Shown here: positions 1 to 12,070 of the stretch, piece by piece
Layout: each line of letters starts with the position of its first letter
Position numbering within the stretch: position 1 is the stretch's first letter
Assembly (NCBI GenBank): GCA_043228905.1
Contig: JBHGNT010000001.1
Coordinates: 12,524,001 to 12,588,000 of the forward strand
Source: Azolla caroliniana
Taxonomy: Eukaryota; Plantae; Polypodiophyta
Direction: 5' to 3'
DNA length: 64,000 nt
Notes under the pieces: generated by a model
What the model saw: the letters and a program-made list of their open reading frames with translations, nothing else
What the model was told of the DNA's origin: nothing
Database searches by the model: none
Made by a program: the position numbers and the translations under genes

Positions 1-936
1 CACCAATTCCGGATACTGCTGAACAAGAGGAACCTTAGGCCATGTCACCAGAAATTACCACTACGGTGAACAACACGGAATGGCGAGCGGAGTTCCCCAC
101 AATACCAGACAACGAAACCGCCGACCAAGAGGAACCCCACCCACCGGAGCATACGCTTACGGCCGACCGCACGGAGGACATTCCAGACCAAGAGGAACCG
201 CAACCCCACTCCCCAGAGCGTACAACGACGGCCAACATCACGGATGAAGTGACGGACGAAACAGAGCCGTGACCTACCGCAAGCCCGCAGACGGCGGAAC
301 CAACCCCCATAGGCCAAGAAGAGCCCGTAGAACCCCGACCGGGTAACCACACAATGACGCACCTACGGGCCCTATGCCGTCCCCGTACACAGACACCGTA
401 GTAGAACCAAACATCAGGGCCATTTTGGAGGAAGATTAAAGGGGTGGGTCCGACGTGCCATGGCACTGTCCCACAAGCGTGCCAGGTGTTGTCCGCCGGA
501 ATAGTAACCGACAGACAAGAGCGCAGTAATATGGAATAGAATAATATTATAACGCATGTAAACGGTTCACACAGGAAGCGTGAACGGCTAACAGACCCTG
601 CGTATATAAAGGGCAGAAAATCTTTGATAGAGGTAGCGTGTAATTTTGAATGTAAAAGGCGTATCTTAATAGAGTTCTATCTTCTCTGATATCTGTGCAT
701 ATCTGTGGTTAATCTACTGTATGTCTGTAATCCTTAAGAGCGTAGGTGTGAGTAACGGTGTGTGCGCTAGCCCACTGTCTAAGGAGCTCGGTTGTAGCCG
801 TCTCCCTTATACGCTGCTAGGTTACGGGAGGTATCCCACTTAGTATTACGCACAGACGCTAACATTCATTGTCACACAGTCACTTTGAGGTCTAGGTCAA
901 AGGACTGACCATAGACCGTGTTCCTAATTGGTAACA
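1..936 (+). mobile_element. 3' end of a Ty3/Gypsy-like LTR retrotransposon: end of an acidic repetitive extra ORF plus 3' LTR (487-936)
   Basis: LTR-like 450 bp segment TGTTG...GTAACA with TATATAAA at ~603. The 43 nt before it match the equivalent boundary of the Gypsy at 55029-63326. The upstream frame has repeated DQEEPxPxxPE units. It abuts the 3' UTR of Copia A. Confidence 0.65.
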
Positions 937-2063
937 CTCTATGTATTCACCCTCAAGCTCGACAATGTAGGCAACATGAGACCAAGATCCGATGCGAATT
1001 GCTCGAGCTTGTCTACTCCTAAGGCCTTCGTAAATATGTCAGCAACTTGGAGGTGTGTGTTGATATGTTGGAGATCGATTTCTCCGACTTGTACGCGCTC
1101 GCGGATGAAGTGGTAATGCACTTCGATGTGTTTAGTCCGCGCGTGAAATACGGGGTTGCACGCCTAGTAGATACTACTCATGTTGTCGTAGTACATGTGT
1201 ATTGGATCTTTGATGGGAACGCCCAGATCCTTCAGTACGCGCTTAAGCCAAACGGCTTCACATGCGATGACCGCCGCACCCTTGTATTCGGCTTCTGTGC
1301 TCGATAGTGTGACTGTCGGTTGTTTCTTGCTGCTCTAGGAGATCGCTCCGCTATCGAGGAAGAAGACAAATCCGGATGTGGATCGTCTATCTGCTTTGTA
1401 TCCTGTCCATTCCGCATCTGTGTACCCTTCGAGTTGAACACTCGTATTCGACTTATATAAGATGTTGTGATCCATTGTCGTACTGACATACCGTAGTATC
1501 CTCTTAGCACAATCGAGATGAAGGTTACACGGATTCTGCATGAATTGGCTAAGTAGGGCGACCGAATAACTTAGGTTGGGTTGCGTAATGGTGAGATAGA
1601 TCAAGCTACTGATCAGTTGGCGATACTGAGTCGGTTCAAACTCAGCCGTGCCGGAACTAGCATCAATCTTGATATTGCGATCAAGAAGGGTAGTCATAGG
1701 TTTGCACTCTGTCATTCCGAATTTGTGCAGTACGTTGAGGACGTAGTGCCGTTGTGAGATCATTATCCCGACTGGTGTCCGAATTACTTCAATACCTAGG
1801 AAGTAATGAAGTTCGTGCAGGTCTTTCATTTTGAATCTGCCGGAAAGAAGTGATTTAACTTTGTTAATCTCAGCGAGATCCTTTCCTCCGATGACCAAAT
1901 CATCCATGTACAAGATGATGATTATCGGGCTATCCGACTCGTTTCGGATGTACAGGGAAGTGTCGGATTTTGACATCTGAAATCCGACTTGATGAAGATA
2001 TTGTTGGGATTTCGGTCCCTCCGGATGGGATGTCCGGAGATGAATGACGGCAAGCCCGGTTGC

Positions 2064-2288
2064 GGTTACGGAGCCGGATGACGAAGACCCTGGCTACGGA
2101 GCCGGATGTTGAAGACCCCGGCTACGGAGCCCGATGATGAATACCCCGGCTACGGAGCCGGATGACGAAGACCCTGGCTACGGTGCCGGATGATGAAGAC
2201 CCCGGCTACGGAGCCAGATGATGAATACCCCGGCTACGGAGCCGGATGCTGAAGACCCCGGTTACGGAGCCGGATGACGAATGTACCC
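2064..2288 (+). repeat. 28-bp tandem array (8 units) in U3 of the 5' LTR of B
   Basis: Unit GGCTACGGAGCCGGATGA(C/T)GAA(G/T)ACCC(C/T). Confidence 0.92.
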
Positions 2289-2783
2289 GGAGGGAGATCC
2301 GGATGCGGGGACATATTTGTGAATATGTTTGCCAAGAGCCCTTGAGGCTATATTTGTAAATAGCCCGAAAGTCATATGTGTATAAATATGACCTAGGGCA
2401 AACAGTTTATGTTGTTGCTCATTTTTCTGTTTTCACTCAGAGGGAGCGAAGTGAGAGCAGCCGCTAGAGAGAGAAACGAAGAGGTCGACGCCTCTGTGTA
2501 ATACCGCCGCCTGTGGCGAGGACAGCGAGCTCAAGGTCGTCGCCTTGCAGCTCGCCATTGTATATTCCAGTGTATAGTGATAGTTGGATTCGTGCACTCC
2601 CGTGGTTTTTCCCGTTTAGGGTTTTCCACGTTATACCCTGTGTATTCGTCTCTCTGTGTCTTTGTCTTTTTTTTCCCATTTTCTGCTGCATTGATCCGTG
2701 TTGTCTCGGTTGTGGCCGAGAGGCGAAAGATTTGATAGCGTCAAACCCTTACAAACTGGTATCAGAGCACGGTAACACAGAAA

Positions 2784-5700
2784 ATGGAAGGCGGCGGTAG
2801 TGGGCCTCCGGGCATGATGGTGTTGAACTCACAGAACTACGCCGACTGGAAGATAAAGATGGAAGACCTCCTCATCGTCCGAGACCTGTACGAACCGATC
2901 GACAATGCCGAGATACCCAAGGGGGTAATAGAGTCGGAGTGGAAGCTCCTGAACCGGAAAGCCGTAGCGACGATCCGGCAATATGTAGATGTAAGTGTTC
3001 TGCAACATGTGGCGAACGACACCAACGCATATGAGATGTGGAAGAAGCTGTCGGGCCTCTACGAGAGGAAGAATGCGTTGAACCGGACCTCCCTGATGAG
3101 GAAGATAGTGAACCTCAAGTACCGGGACGGCGAGAATATGGTGGAACACGTGAGCACGTTCATGGGATTCGTGAACCAGCTTGCGGCGATCAAGTTCCCG
3201 TTGGAGGATGCAATGCAAGCCATCATTCTGATGTGTACATTGCCGGAAAGCTGGGAGAACTTGGTGGTGACACTCAGCACCTCCTGCACGGAAGATAACT
3301 TGTCCCTACAAATGGTAAAGACAAGTATTTTGAACGAAGAAGCGCGTCGGAGAGATAAAGAACCGGCCTCCGACTCGAAGGCGCTGCTTACCGAATCGGA
3401 ACGGGGAAGACAATGGAACCGGAGTCCGCAAAGACGGGAGAAGTCGGGGACCCGGTCGCAGTCAAGAGGAAGGCCCACATGCTTCCACTGTGGGAAGCCG
3501 GGGCACTTCCGGAAGAATTGTCGGCATTACCGAAAGGACAACGGAGCCGACGACACCGATTCGAAGAAGTCACCGGAGAGAAACGGTGCATACCGGGGAG
3601 CCACGGACCGGAGAGGTCCGGATCGGCGAGGGCAGGACCGGAAAGGAACGACGGCACTCGCGGCAAGTGAAGAAGAGATAATGCTCATTACCGAAGAGAG
3701 GGAGCTGAACCTTGCCGGTGAAGAGATGACCTGGGTGGTCGATTCCGGAGCGTCGTTCCGCCTGACCCCGGAGAAGAAATACTTCTCATCCTACACAGCC
3801 GGTGAGCACGGCTGTGTCCGGATGGGAAATGAAGGCACATGCCGGATTGCCGGCATAGGAGACGTGTGGCTGATGACATCAACCGGATGCAAGATGCTGC
3901 TGAAGGATGTGCGACATGTTCCGGAGGTCCGATTGAACCTGATTTCGGCCAGGAGGCTAGACGATGAAGGCTACACGGGCAGCATCCGGAACGGTGTCAT
4001 GAAGTTCAGCAAAGGGAGCCTGATAGTGGCTCGGGCCCGGAAGGTCAACACACTGTACCTGATGAATTCCCGGCTATGTCCGGAGGAGCTGAACGTGGCA
4101 GCCGACACTGCCGGTGAGTTGTGGCACAAGAGACTGTGCCACATGAGTGAGAAGGGGATGAAGAGGCTTGCAGAAGACAACCTTATTCCGGTGAAGCATG
4201 TGCACCTGGAGAAGTGCACCGACTGCCTGGCCGGTAAGCAAAACCGGACCTCCTTCCACTCAAGGCCACCGACGAGACGTAGTGTACCATTGGAGTTGGT
4301 GCACACTGATGTGTGTCAGGTAGAAACGAAGTCACATGGCGGAGCCCAATACTTCGTAACATTCATAGATGACCATAGCCGGAAGTTGTGGACGGCACCG
4401 TTGAAGACAAAGGACCAAGTATTGTCCGTCTTCAAAGAACTCCACGCGAGAGTGGAAAGGGAATCCGGCAAGAAGCTGAAAGCGATACGAGCGGATAACG
4501 GAGGGGAATACCGGGGGCAGTTCCAGGAGTACTGTCGCTCGAAGGGAATCCGGCTCGAGTTTACTGTGCCGAAGACGCCGGAACTGAACGGGCTAGCCGA
4601 GAGGATGAACCGGACCATAATGGAGAGGGTCCAGAGTATGCTGGCGCATGCGAAATTACCCAAGGGATTTTGGGCTGAGGCAATGTCGACGGCGACGTAT
4701 GTGATAAATAGATCACCCTCAGTACCTTTGGACGGAGACACGCCGCAGAAAGTGTGGAACGGTAAGGAAGTGTCCTACCGGCATCTGAAGGTGTTCGGGT
4801 GTCTCGCATACGTGCATGTGGCAAAGGACCGGAGAGGAAAGTTAGATCCAAAGACCCGGCCATGCATATTCCTCGGTTACGGCGACGACGAGTTCGGCTA
4901 CCGAGTATGGGACCCGGTCGACAAGAAGATATTCAGGAGTCGAGATATCATCTTCATGGAGGACAAGACACTCGCCGACTGGGAGTCGGAGAAGAAGATG
5001 AAGAGCTCCAAGTCGACCGGTGAGGATAAACTCTACGAGGAGCAGTCCCGACCGGCAAGGGACCGGTTAGCACTCGAGGATCCGGCCGAAGACGGTGAAG
5101 AAACAGAACCGGCCGAGGAAGATGAAACTGATACCGGAACCGGCCCCGATCCCGAAATGGATTCGGATGAAGAGGAAACGGAGCAGCCGGTTACCGAAGC
5201 TCCGGAACGGAGATATCCTCTAAGAGAGAGAAGGGCCCCCCGGAGATTTCCCGAACCAGAGCACGTGCTGCTAACCGACGAGGGGGAGCCGGAGAGCTTT
5301 GAAGAAGCAAAGCATGACACCCAGAGCCGCAGGTGGTTGAGTGCCATGCAGGACGAGATGGATTCCCTGCATGAGAACCACACATATGAACTTGTGGAGT
5401 TGCCAAAAGGAAAGCGGGCACTACGAAACAAGTGGGTGTTCAAGCTGAAACCGGGAGATGCCGGAAACCCCCCGAGATACAAAGCCAGGATCGTGGTGAA
5501 GGGGTTCCAGCAAAAGAAGGGCGTCGATTTCGACGAGATATTTGCCCCGGTAGTGAAGATGACCTCCATCCGGACGGTGCTGAGCATAGCGGCAAGCATG
5601 GACCTCGAGGTAGAACAGATGGACGTGAAGACGGCATTCCTTCACAGTGACCTCGAAGAAGAGATCTACATGCAGCAACCGGAAGGATTCGAGAAGAAAG

Positions 5701-6857
5701 GGAAGGAGCACCTGGTATGCCGGTTGAAGAAGAGTCTTTACGGACTGAAGCAGGCTCCCCGGCAATGGTACCGGAAGTTCGACTCCTTCATGACCGACGA
5801 AGGGTACCACAAAACGCAGTCCGATCACTGCGTGTTTGTGAAGAAGTTCGAAGGAGGAGACTCTCTAATACTCCTCCTGTACGTGGACGACATGTTGATC
5901 GTCGGACGGGACCAGGGCAAGATACGGATGCTGAAGAAAGCACTTCACCGAACCTTCTCAATGAAGGACCTGGGTCCGGCGAGGCAAATACTAGGGATGC
6001 ACATCATCCGAGACCGGAAGAAGAAGCAGTTGTGGCTGTCACGGGAGAAGTACGTAACAAAGGTGCTTCACCGGTTCAACATGTCGGAAGCAAGACCGGT
6101 CGGATCAACTCTCCCGGCAAACTGCAAGTTGTCCAGCAAGCAAAGCCCCAAGACAAAGGCTGAGAAAGAGGACATGATGAAAGTACCATATGCCTCTGCC
6201 ATCGGAAGCTTGATGTACGCAATGGTGTGTACAAGACCGGACATAGGATACGCAGTCGGAGTGGTGAGCCGGTACATGAGCAATCCCGGCAAGGAGCACT
6301 GGAACGCGGTCAAGTGGATACTCCGATACCTGAAGGGCACGGCAAACGTGTGCCTCCGATTCGGCTCCGGTAAGCCCGAACTCGACGGCTTTACCGATTC
6401 GGATATGTCGGCTGATGTAGATACCAGCCGGTCCACATCAGGGTATGTGATGACGTATGCAGGGGGAGCTGTTTCGTGGCAGTCGAGGCTGCAGAAGACG
6501 GTTGCGTTGTCAACCACGGAGGCGGAGTACATGGCGGCTGTTGAAGCCGGCAAGGAAATGATATGGATGAAGGACTTCATTAGAGAGCTCGGTATCCGGC
6601 AGGAGGAGTACCGACTCTACTGCGACAGTCAGAGTGCCATCCACCTTGCGAAGAACGCGGCCTATCACTCCCGGACGAAGCACATCCAGCGAAGATATCA
6701 CTGGATCCGGGAAAGGATAGAAGACCAGGAGTTCGTGCTGACGAAGATCCACACGGACGAGAACGGCTCAGATATGCTGACCAAAGTGCTCACACCCGAC
6801 AAGCTGGAAGCATGCCGGAAGAGGATCGGATTGGAGAGACATCCCATGCCGAAGTGA
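2784..6857 (+). CDS. Copia Gag-Pol polyprotein (Gag, CCHC knuckle, PR, INT, RT, RNase H), uninterrupted 1357 aa
   Basis: CFHCGKPGHFRKNC, WVVDSGAS, HTDVC/DNGGEY/AERMNRT integrase, YVDDML RT, RTKHI RNase H. Confidence 0.96.
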   Translation: MEGGGSGPPGMMVLNSQNYADWKIKMEDLLIVRDLYEPIDNAEIPKGVIESEWKLLNRKAVATIRQYVDVSVLQHVANDTNAYEMWKKLSGLYERKNALNRTSLMRKIVNLKYRDGENMVEHVSTFMGFVNQLAAIKFPLEDAMQAIILMCTLPESWENLVVTLSTSCTEDNLSLQMVKTSILNEEARRRDKEPASDSKALLTESERGRQWNRSPQRREKSGTRSQSRGRPTCFHCGKPGHFRKNCRHYRKDNGADDTDSKKSPERNGAYRGATDRRGPDRRGQDRKGTTALAASEEEIMLITEERELNLAGEEMTWVVDSGASFRLTPEKKYFSSYTAGEHGCVRMGNEGTCRIAGIGDVWLMTSTGCKMLLKDVRHVPEVRLNLISARRLDDEGYTGSIRNGVMKFSKGSLIVARARKVNTLYLMNSRLCPEELNVAADTAGELWHKRLCHMSEKGMKRLAEDNLIPVKHVHLEKCTDCLAGKQNRTSFHSRPPTRRSVPLELVHTDVCQVETKSHGGAQYFVTFIDDHSRKLWTAPLKTKDQVLSVFKELHARVERESGKKLKAIRADNGGEYRGQFQEYCRSKGIRLEFTVPKTPELNGLAERMNRTIMERVQSMLAHAKLPKGFWAEAMSTATYVINRSPSVPLDGDTPQKVWNGKEVSYRHLKVFGCLAYVHVAKDRRGKLDPKTRPCIFLGYGDDEFGYRVWDPVDKKIFRSRDIIFMEDKTLADWESEKKMKSSKSTGEDKLYEEQSRPARDRLALEDPAEDGEETEPAEEDETDTGTGPDPEMDSDEEETEQPVTEAPERRYPLRERRAPRRFPEPEHVLLTDEGEPESFEEAKHDTQSRRWLSAMQDEMDSLHENHTYELVELPKGKRALRNKWVFKLKPGDAGNPPRYKARIVVKGFQQKKGVDFDEIFAPVVKMTSIRTVLSIAASMDLEVEQMDVKTAFLHSDLEEEIYMQQPEGFEKKGKEHLVCRLKKSLYGLKQAPRQWYRKFDSFMTDEGYHKTQSDHCVFVKKFEGGDSLILLLYVDDMLIVGRDQGKIRMLKKALHRTFSMKDLGPARQILGMHIIRDRKKKQLWLSREKYVTKVLHRFNMSEARPVGSTLPANCKLSSKQSPKTKAEKEDMMKVPYASAIGSLMYAMVCTRPDIGYAVGVVSRYMSNPGKEHWNAVKWILRYLKGTANVCLRFGSGKPELDGFTDSDMSADVDTSRSTSGYVMTYAGGAVSWQSRLQKTVALSTTEAEYMAAVEAGKEMIWMKDFIRELGIRQEEYRLYCDSQSAIHLAKNAAYHSRTKHIQRRYHWIRERIEDQEFVLTKIHTDENGSDMLTKVLTPDKLEACRKRIGLERHPMPK

Positions 6858-6929
6858 AGGGGGAGTTTGTTGGGATTTCAGTCCCTCCGGATGGGATGTC
6901 CGGAGATGAATGACGGCAAGCCTGGTTGC

Positions 6930-7154
6930 GGTTACGGAGCCGGATGACGAAGACCCTGGCTACGGAGCCGGATGATGAAGACCCCGGCTACGGAGCCGGA
7001 TGATGAATACCCCGGCTACGGAGCCGGATGACGAAGACCCTGGCTACGGTGCCGGATGATGAAGACCCCGGCTACGAAGCCGGATGATGAATACCCCGGC
7101 TATGGAGCCGGATGCTGAAGACCCCGGTTACGGAGCCGGATGACGAATGTACCC
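6930..7154 (+). repeat. 28-bp tandem array in the 3' LTR of B
   Basis: Copy of 2064-2288 at offset 4866. Confidence 0.92.
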
Positions 7155-10100
7155 GGAGGGAGATCCGGATGCGGGGACATATTTGTGAATATGTTTGCCA
7201 AGAGCCCTTGAGGCTATATTTGTAAATAGCCCGAAAGTCATATGTGTATAAATATGACTTAGGGCAAACAGTTTATGTTGTTGCTCATTTTTCTGTTTTC
7301 ACTCAGAGGGAGCGAAGTGAGAGCAGCCGCTAGAGAGAGAAACGAAGAGGTCGACGCCTCTGTGTAATACCGCCGCCTGTGGCGAGGACAGCGAGCTCAA
7401 GGTCGTCGCCTTGCAGCTCGCCATTGTATATTCCAGTGTATAGTGATAGTTGGAGTCGTGCACTCCCGTGGTTTTTCCCGTTTAGGGTTTTCCACGTTAT
7501 ACCCTGTGTATTCGTCTCTCTGTGTCTTTGTCTTTTTTTTCCCATTTTCTGCTGCATTGATCCGTGTTGTCTCGGTTGTGGCCGAGAGGCGAAAGATTTG
7601 ATAGCGTCAAACCCTTACAGATATTGCGTGATCTTTGAATGCCAAGCACGCGGTGCTTGTTTGAGGCCGTAAAGTGTCTTCTTGAGTCGTCATATAGCAT
7701 GCGGATGTTTACGCAATTCGAATCTAGGTGGTTGTATCATATACACTTCTTCTTCTAGCTCTCCTTGGAGGAAGCCATTTTTCACGTCCGTCTGGTGGAG
7801 GTGCCACCCTTTCGTTGCGGCGAGTGCAATTACGGATCGTACTGTGGTCATCTTTGCCACCGGCGCAAAGGTCTCTTCGTAGGTTTCTGGCTCCCGTGCT
7901 GACGCTACCTTCATCATGAAGGCGTAATGATACGCTAAGTACTCGTCATAGCTATAGCAGTTTACGGGGTTCTTCTCACACGTAGATGGGTGTGGCTTGT
8001 CATTTGCGGACTCTAGAGGTTTCTTCACGCCGTCCGTGTGAATGTCAAGGCCTTCGAACTCACTGTCAAGGTCAAAATGATCTTCGTATTCCTACATTTT
8101 TGCCTTGCCTTTTTCTAGCTTCGAACTTGGCCGAAATGTGCTTTTATCACTTGGGGGCTCTTGCGATCCACTCAGCCATGTCGTAGTTGGGTTGTCTTTG
8201 AACATCTGCATGAGCCGATCCTCTGCTTCTATTCTTATTTCGGTGTCATCCGCAACGAGCGGAGTCGAAGTATACTTTGGTGCGTACCAAGATGCGGACT
8301 CGTCGAAGACTACATCTCAACTTATGCGAACTTTTCGGGTAGATGGGTTGTAGCATTTGTACCCCTTTTGTTCGAGCGAGTATCCCACAAGGATACATTT
8401 CTCCGACTTTGGATCGAGCTTTTGCCGCGTATCGCCGGGAATGTGTACATAGGTGATTGTGCCAAAAATGTGGACATGCGATAAGTTTGGCTTCTTCCCG
8501 AAAAACTTCTCATGCGGAGTTATGTCGTGTACTCCTGAGGTTGTGCACATGTTCATGAGGTATACGGCCATATTTGCTGCTTTTGCCCAATATGATTTCA
8601 GCAACTTCTTCTCATTCATCATAACTTGCGCGACTTCGACTATGTACCTATTTTTCCGCTTTGCAACACTATTTTGCTGAGGCGTATGTCGGCACGAGAA
8701 CTCTCGTCGGATTCCTTCTTTTTGGAGATACTTCGTGAACTCATACGAAAAGTATTCTTTACCTCCGTCTGATCGAAGGCAGCGTACATGACGGCCCGTA
8801 GCTTTTTCTACTTCGACTTTGAACTTTTGGAAGTGTCTGAACACTTCACTCTTCTGTCTCATCGGGTAGATCCAGGTGTTCTTGGAGAAGTCGTCGATGA
8901 ACATGACATAATAATGGCATCTGCCAAAAGGTAGCCGTTTGGGCTGGTCCCCACACATCTGAATGTATTACATCCAGGATCCCTTTGCTCACATTCTGCT
9001 CCTTAGAGAATGGGTGATGGTGTTGCTTTCCGAATTGGCATGCTTCGCACACGCTCGTGATCTCCTTTGCCGTAAAGTTCGGAAGTCCAATTACGACTCC
9101 TTTCGTCTGCATGTTCTGAAGCTTCTGGAGATTAATGTGGCCGATCCTCTTGTGCCACAATTTCAAGTCAGTTTCGACTTTCTAGCCCTTTGCGTACACG
9201 GCCGACTTTACCTCGCTTGAGTCAAGGATGAACATACGGCCTTCACGACAGCCGTAGGCTACGATTCGATTGCCTTTTTCGATAAAACAACCGTCATTGT
9301 TAAATCGTACTTGCATTCCCTGTTCGACAATCTCACCTACAGAGATCAGGTTCTTTGTGATTGTTGGGACATGCAAGACGTTCTTGAGGTAAGTTTGGTC
9401 CCCGTCATTTCCGAATGGGACATTCTCAATATGATGTATTGAATGAGCCGTGTCATCGCGAGTCTCAACATATCCGGGCCGATCGGGTTTACGCAGTTCT
9501 CAGAACCAATCTTCATGAGACGTCATATGGTTGGACGCACCTGAGTCAACAAACCATACACTATTTGAGGCGGAGGCACTAGTTGAAGCTTGTGCGGACA
9601 TTGAGTGTGCTTTATGCCTCATTACGAACATTCCACCACGATCGCCGTAGTTAGAATTTGTTGTGTAGTTCGTGAGTTGTCGGCCTGCCTCACGTTTCTT
9701 CTTCTGGCACTCTTCTTCGTAGTGGTCGGGTTTTCCGCAGTACCCACAGTTGCTTGGTCCGGCATTATGACTCCCCCTTCTGCCAAGCTCTTTGGGCCCG
9801 TTCCTGTCCGCTTGCCACTGGTGGGAGTTACGACCTTTATTCCGCCGATCATTATGGCCTTGTCCGAAACGACCTCTGTTTCCACAAATGAAATCTCTTC
9901 TATTATCCGACTAGGAGTAGAGCAAATGAAGATCTGCTACGTTGCTGCTCTGTCAGGCGTGATTCTCTTCGACCAACAATATCGATTGAAGGTTGAAGGA
10001 GGGAGGGTTCTCCCTTGCAAGAATGGCTGATCTAATCGTGCCAAAACGCAGTGCTAAGCCTCCAAGGCATATCTACACCAGTTCTTCATCATCAACAATG

Positions 10101-10681
10101 ATGTTGATCGATCCGAGGGCATCACATAGTTCCTTGATCTTCAAAGCATAGATTGATATTGACATGTCCCTCTGTTGGATGCTATTAAGCTCCTGACGAA
10201 GCTGGAGCTTGCGTGCGGCCGTGTTGGTTGCGAAAATCATTTTGAGATTTTCCCACGCTTGCTTCGGCGTTTTTGCCTCTCGAATGTAGCCAAGCATATG
10301 ATCATGAACGCATGATGCAAGGCAATACAACACACGGCTTGCGGCTTGCCCTATGCTCCCAAGCGGGATAGTCGGCGTGTGTTGGGTAGGGTTGTGATTC
10401 GTGAGCTCCTTCGATGTAGCTCTAGTAGCCTTGTTCGACAAGGTATTGATGCATCTTGTATTCCCAAGATGCAAAGTTCGTTCTGTCGAGCTTCTCCATA
10501 GGAAGAGCGCTTCCCATCTTAGTGTTCATGGTGATTTCTTCTTCTGTTGATTAGCTGGTTATGTTGATCGTCGGCGTGCAGCACAACACAATCGAATAGG
10601 TGTGATCAGACAACCACACGCTATAATACCATGTTAAGAAATGAAGTCTGTGGTGATTGCAATGCAGCGGAAGATGAGAGA

Positions 10682-10684
<3 letters not shown>

Positions 10685-10721
<37 letters not shown>

Positions 10722-10756
10722 CAACACAGAGGGAGAGAGAGAGTGAGTGAGTGAGA
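10685..10756. repeat. (TG)n and GA-rich microsatellites inside the LTR of Copia A
   Basis: About 17 TG units followed by GAGA/GAGT runs. Confidence 0.9.
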
Positions 10757-10944
10757 GCTCAAGACAGAGATAATCAAAGTATATATTACATAAGACTTCC
10801 AACAATAGCTAAGTTACAATGAGTTGGTTTATATACCAACTAAGCTAGGGCAAGCACCCTTTCTACTATTTACAGAACTAGCATGGTATGTCCATGGGCT
10901 AGTGTGAACCTATTCCTATGGGGAGTTGAGTTCGATTCTCAACA

Positions 10945-11266
10945 AGCCTGATTCAGCTAGTTGTCCAGATCATATGTCATCTAGGTCGGCTTTGTAGCGA
11001 ATTCGGTCCCTTCGAATGGGATCCATATGAGATTCGGACGAGCCGGATCGGATGAGCCAAAGGAAGGAACCAGGCCGGATGCATCAATCGGACCAGACCG
11101 GAAGGTATCCGGATGGATCCAGTGTGAACCGGATCCAGGGATATATCTACAAATATGTTTCTAGCGTGCTTGTACAGGCTATATTTGTAAATATTCCTAA
11201 ATTCATATAAGTATAAATATGACTTAGGGCAATCACTTTAGAGTGAGAATGATTATCATTCTGTTG

Positions 11267-11300
<34 letters not shown>

Positions 11301-12070
11301 ATGTTGTAACTGTCGATTAGTGAACATATAGGACTCGAGGTCATTGCCTCTGAGTCTTCTGTTGTACCTCCTTCTTGTATAGTGATAGTTGGAGTCTGTG
11401 GGCTCCCATGGTTTTTCCCTGTTAGGGTTTTCCACATAAACATCTTGCGTCATTTGTTTTTCCTTTGCTCTTCCATCAAGTGTTTGAGGCTCGGTTGTGG
11501 CCGAGCACTATTCCGTACAAACTGGTATCAGAGCACAGGATGTTCAAGCTCAACGGCACCAACTACCCAGTGTGGAAGTCGAAGATGAGGGACATGCTTG
11601 TGGTCAAAGATCATTGGTTGCCGGTACAGTTCGGGGACAAGATCGATGCCACAACGTGGGAGGTGATGCACATGAAGACGACGACATACATTCTGTGCTT
11701 CATCGATATGAACTTGTACAACAACTTCAATGAAGAAAGTAAGGCTCATGTGCTCTGGGAGAAAATCGGTACCATGTTGGAGAGTAAAAATGTCGTAAAT
11801 CGGGTTTCGGTATTCCGGAAGTTAGTGAGACTCCGGTAACAAGACAGATCCAGCATGGTGGAGCACAAGAATGCATTGCAAGGGCCCATAAATCAAACAA
11901 CTTCACTAGAAGTACCTCTAGCAGACGAGGTACTTGCGTTGCTCCTGCTCGGTTCCCTCTCGGATAGTTGGGAGACGCTAGTTGTCACCTTGGGCAACGT
12001 CGGGCCGGAAGGAAAGCAGTTGTCCCTAGCAAGGGTAGAATCAAGCTTGGTAGATGAAGAAGCTCGCTGA
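10945..12070 (+). mobile_element. Truncated Copia element E related to B: partial 5' LTR (to 11519), Met PBS, decayed gag
   Basis: LTR motifs shared with B (gctatatttgtaaata, gtataaatatgacttagggcaa, agggttttccac, ctcggttgtggccgag). PBS 11523-11534. Gag MFKLNGTNYPVWKSKMRD...DEEAR with an internal stop. Confidence 0.85.

Larger units (their letters stand above)
2002..7619 (+). mobile_element. Full-length young Ty1/Copia element B
   Basis: 752-bp LTRs 2002-2753 and 6868-7619 (TG...CA, about 9 substitutions by eye). TSD GATAT at 1997-2001 and 7620-7624. PBS TGGTATCAGAGC 2757-2768. PPT GAAGGGGGAG 6856-6865. Confidence 0.97.
937..10944 (-). mobile_element. Degenerate Ty1/Copia element A, split by element B; 3' LTR not in the window
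   Basis: Minus-strand fragments: gag 10073-10520, PR ~9400-9560, INT 8317-9166, RT 7625-7900 and 1335-1976 (LYMDDL), RNase H 939-1330. Degenerate Met PBS (tggtattatagc) at 10620-10631. 5' LTR 10632-10944. Many stops and frameshifts. Confidence 0.9.

Noticed and set aside
2064-2288. 28-bp repeats as a CRISPR array
   Set aside because: Units are contiguous with no unique spacers, lie inside both LTRs, and the context is eukaryotic.
10925-10944. TTGAG-TTCGATT-CTCAA as another Pol III B box
   Set aside because: It is the LTR terminus common to this Copia group (TGTTGAGAATC), with no good A box at the right spacing.
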